Both the position numbers and the translations under genes were made by a program. DNA of 53,957 bases, the filler included, from Porpidia crustulata (taxonomy: Eukaryota): NCBI GenBank assembly GCA_964255105.1. It is 3 parts of 3 records of this genome, joined end to end, with 100 filler letters (N's around TTAATTAATTAA, not from the genome) between each part and the next. Parts side by side here need not be neighbours in the genome. Positions count along the whole stretch, not along the records: positions 36,055 to 53,957 come from CAXUWE010000200.1; 2 more parts are not named here. One strand, 5' to 3'. Every line of letters starts with the position of its first letter. The stretch's first letter is position 1. Shown one piece after another: positions 53,448 through 53,957 of the stretch. A model generated the notes under the pieces. That model did no database searches. It saw only the letters and a program-made list of their open reading frames with translations, and was not told where the DNA came from.

Positions 53448-53957
53448 ATGCGGTTGCGTGTATTCGGGATACAAAAGAAAATGGTGGGGATCCGGGACGG
53501 TGGTCACCGGGGGGAGACTATGTAAATTAGTTGAGCTGTGCGACTTTTTTTTTGTAATGTAGGTAGATTGCATGACCTGCGGCTTTGGCTGCGATGTGGG
53601 ATACACAAATTTTTCGAAACAAAGAGGGTTGGTCGTCCTTTGTGTGTTCAACTTGGTGGGAAGATTTCCTCCATGCATCAATCTCTCCCTTCCCCTTTCT
53701 CTCAGCACCTTTGATGCAGCTTCATCTCTGCGACCAAAACCTTGCGCTACACGGAACAGCCGGACGGGGAAAAGATGCTCGAGTCGAGCCCACACACACA
53801 CGTTTCCAATCTACGGCTATCCATTCCGTAAGAGAACTACGAGGAAACAACGATAGCAGCATCAAGTCCGCCCCTTTCGGACCGTAATCATGAAGATCTC
53901 ACTCCGTTGTATTTACTCACTAGCATACATAATAGGAACCCACATGCAATTCATACC

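Overview
Eukaryotic, intron-rich genomic DNA of a filamentous ascomycete (Pezizomycotina). The gene families hint at a lichen-forming lineage, but that is inference only. The window is three contigs joined by two artificial 100-bp N44-TTAATTAATTAA-N44 spacers. Conserved genes flank it: ECM29, a Chk2/Cds1-type FHA kinase and a Zn2Cys6 transcription factor on the left, and ER Hsp70 BiP/KAR2 on the right. Between them lies a ~33-kb accessory block with secreted proteins, a large repeat-rich cell-surface protein, a T5orf172/Mug113-type protein, an HNH protein, a Clr5-ankyrin protein, a membrane lectin-like protein and an SDR. Five reconstructed genes in this block carry frameshifts or premature stops. 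The most striking locus is a spliced gene fusing a HeLo-like (fungal STAND N-terminal) domain to a heterotrimeric G-protein alpha domain that lacks both catalytic residues. It has an in-frame TAG between the two modules and a near-perfect 58-bp tandem duplication of a whole intron, which can create a 6-nt in-frame microexon. All exon models were read by eye from GT-AG signals and motif continuity; no database searches were run.
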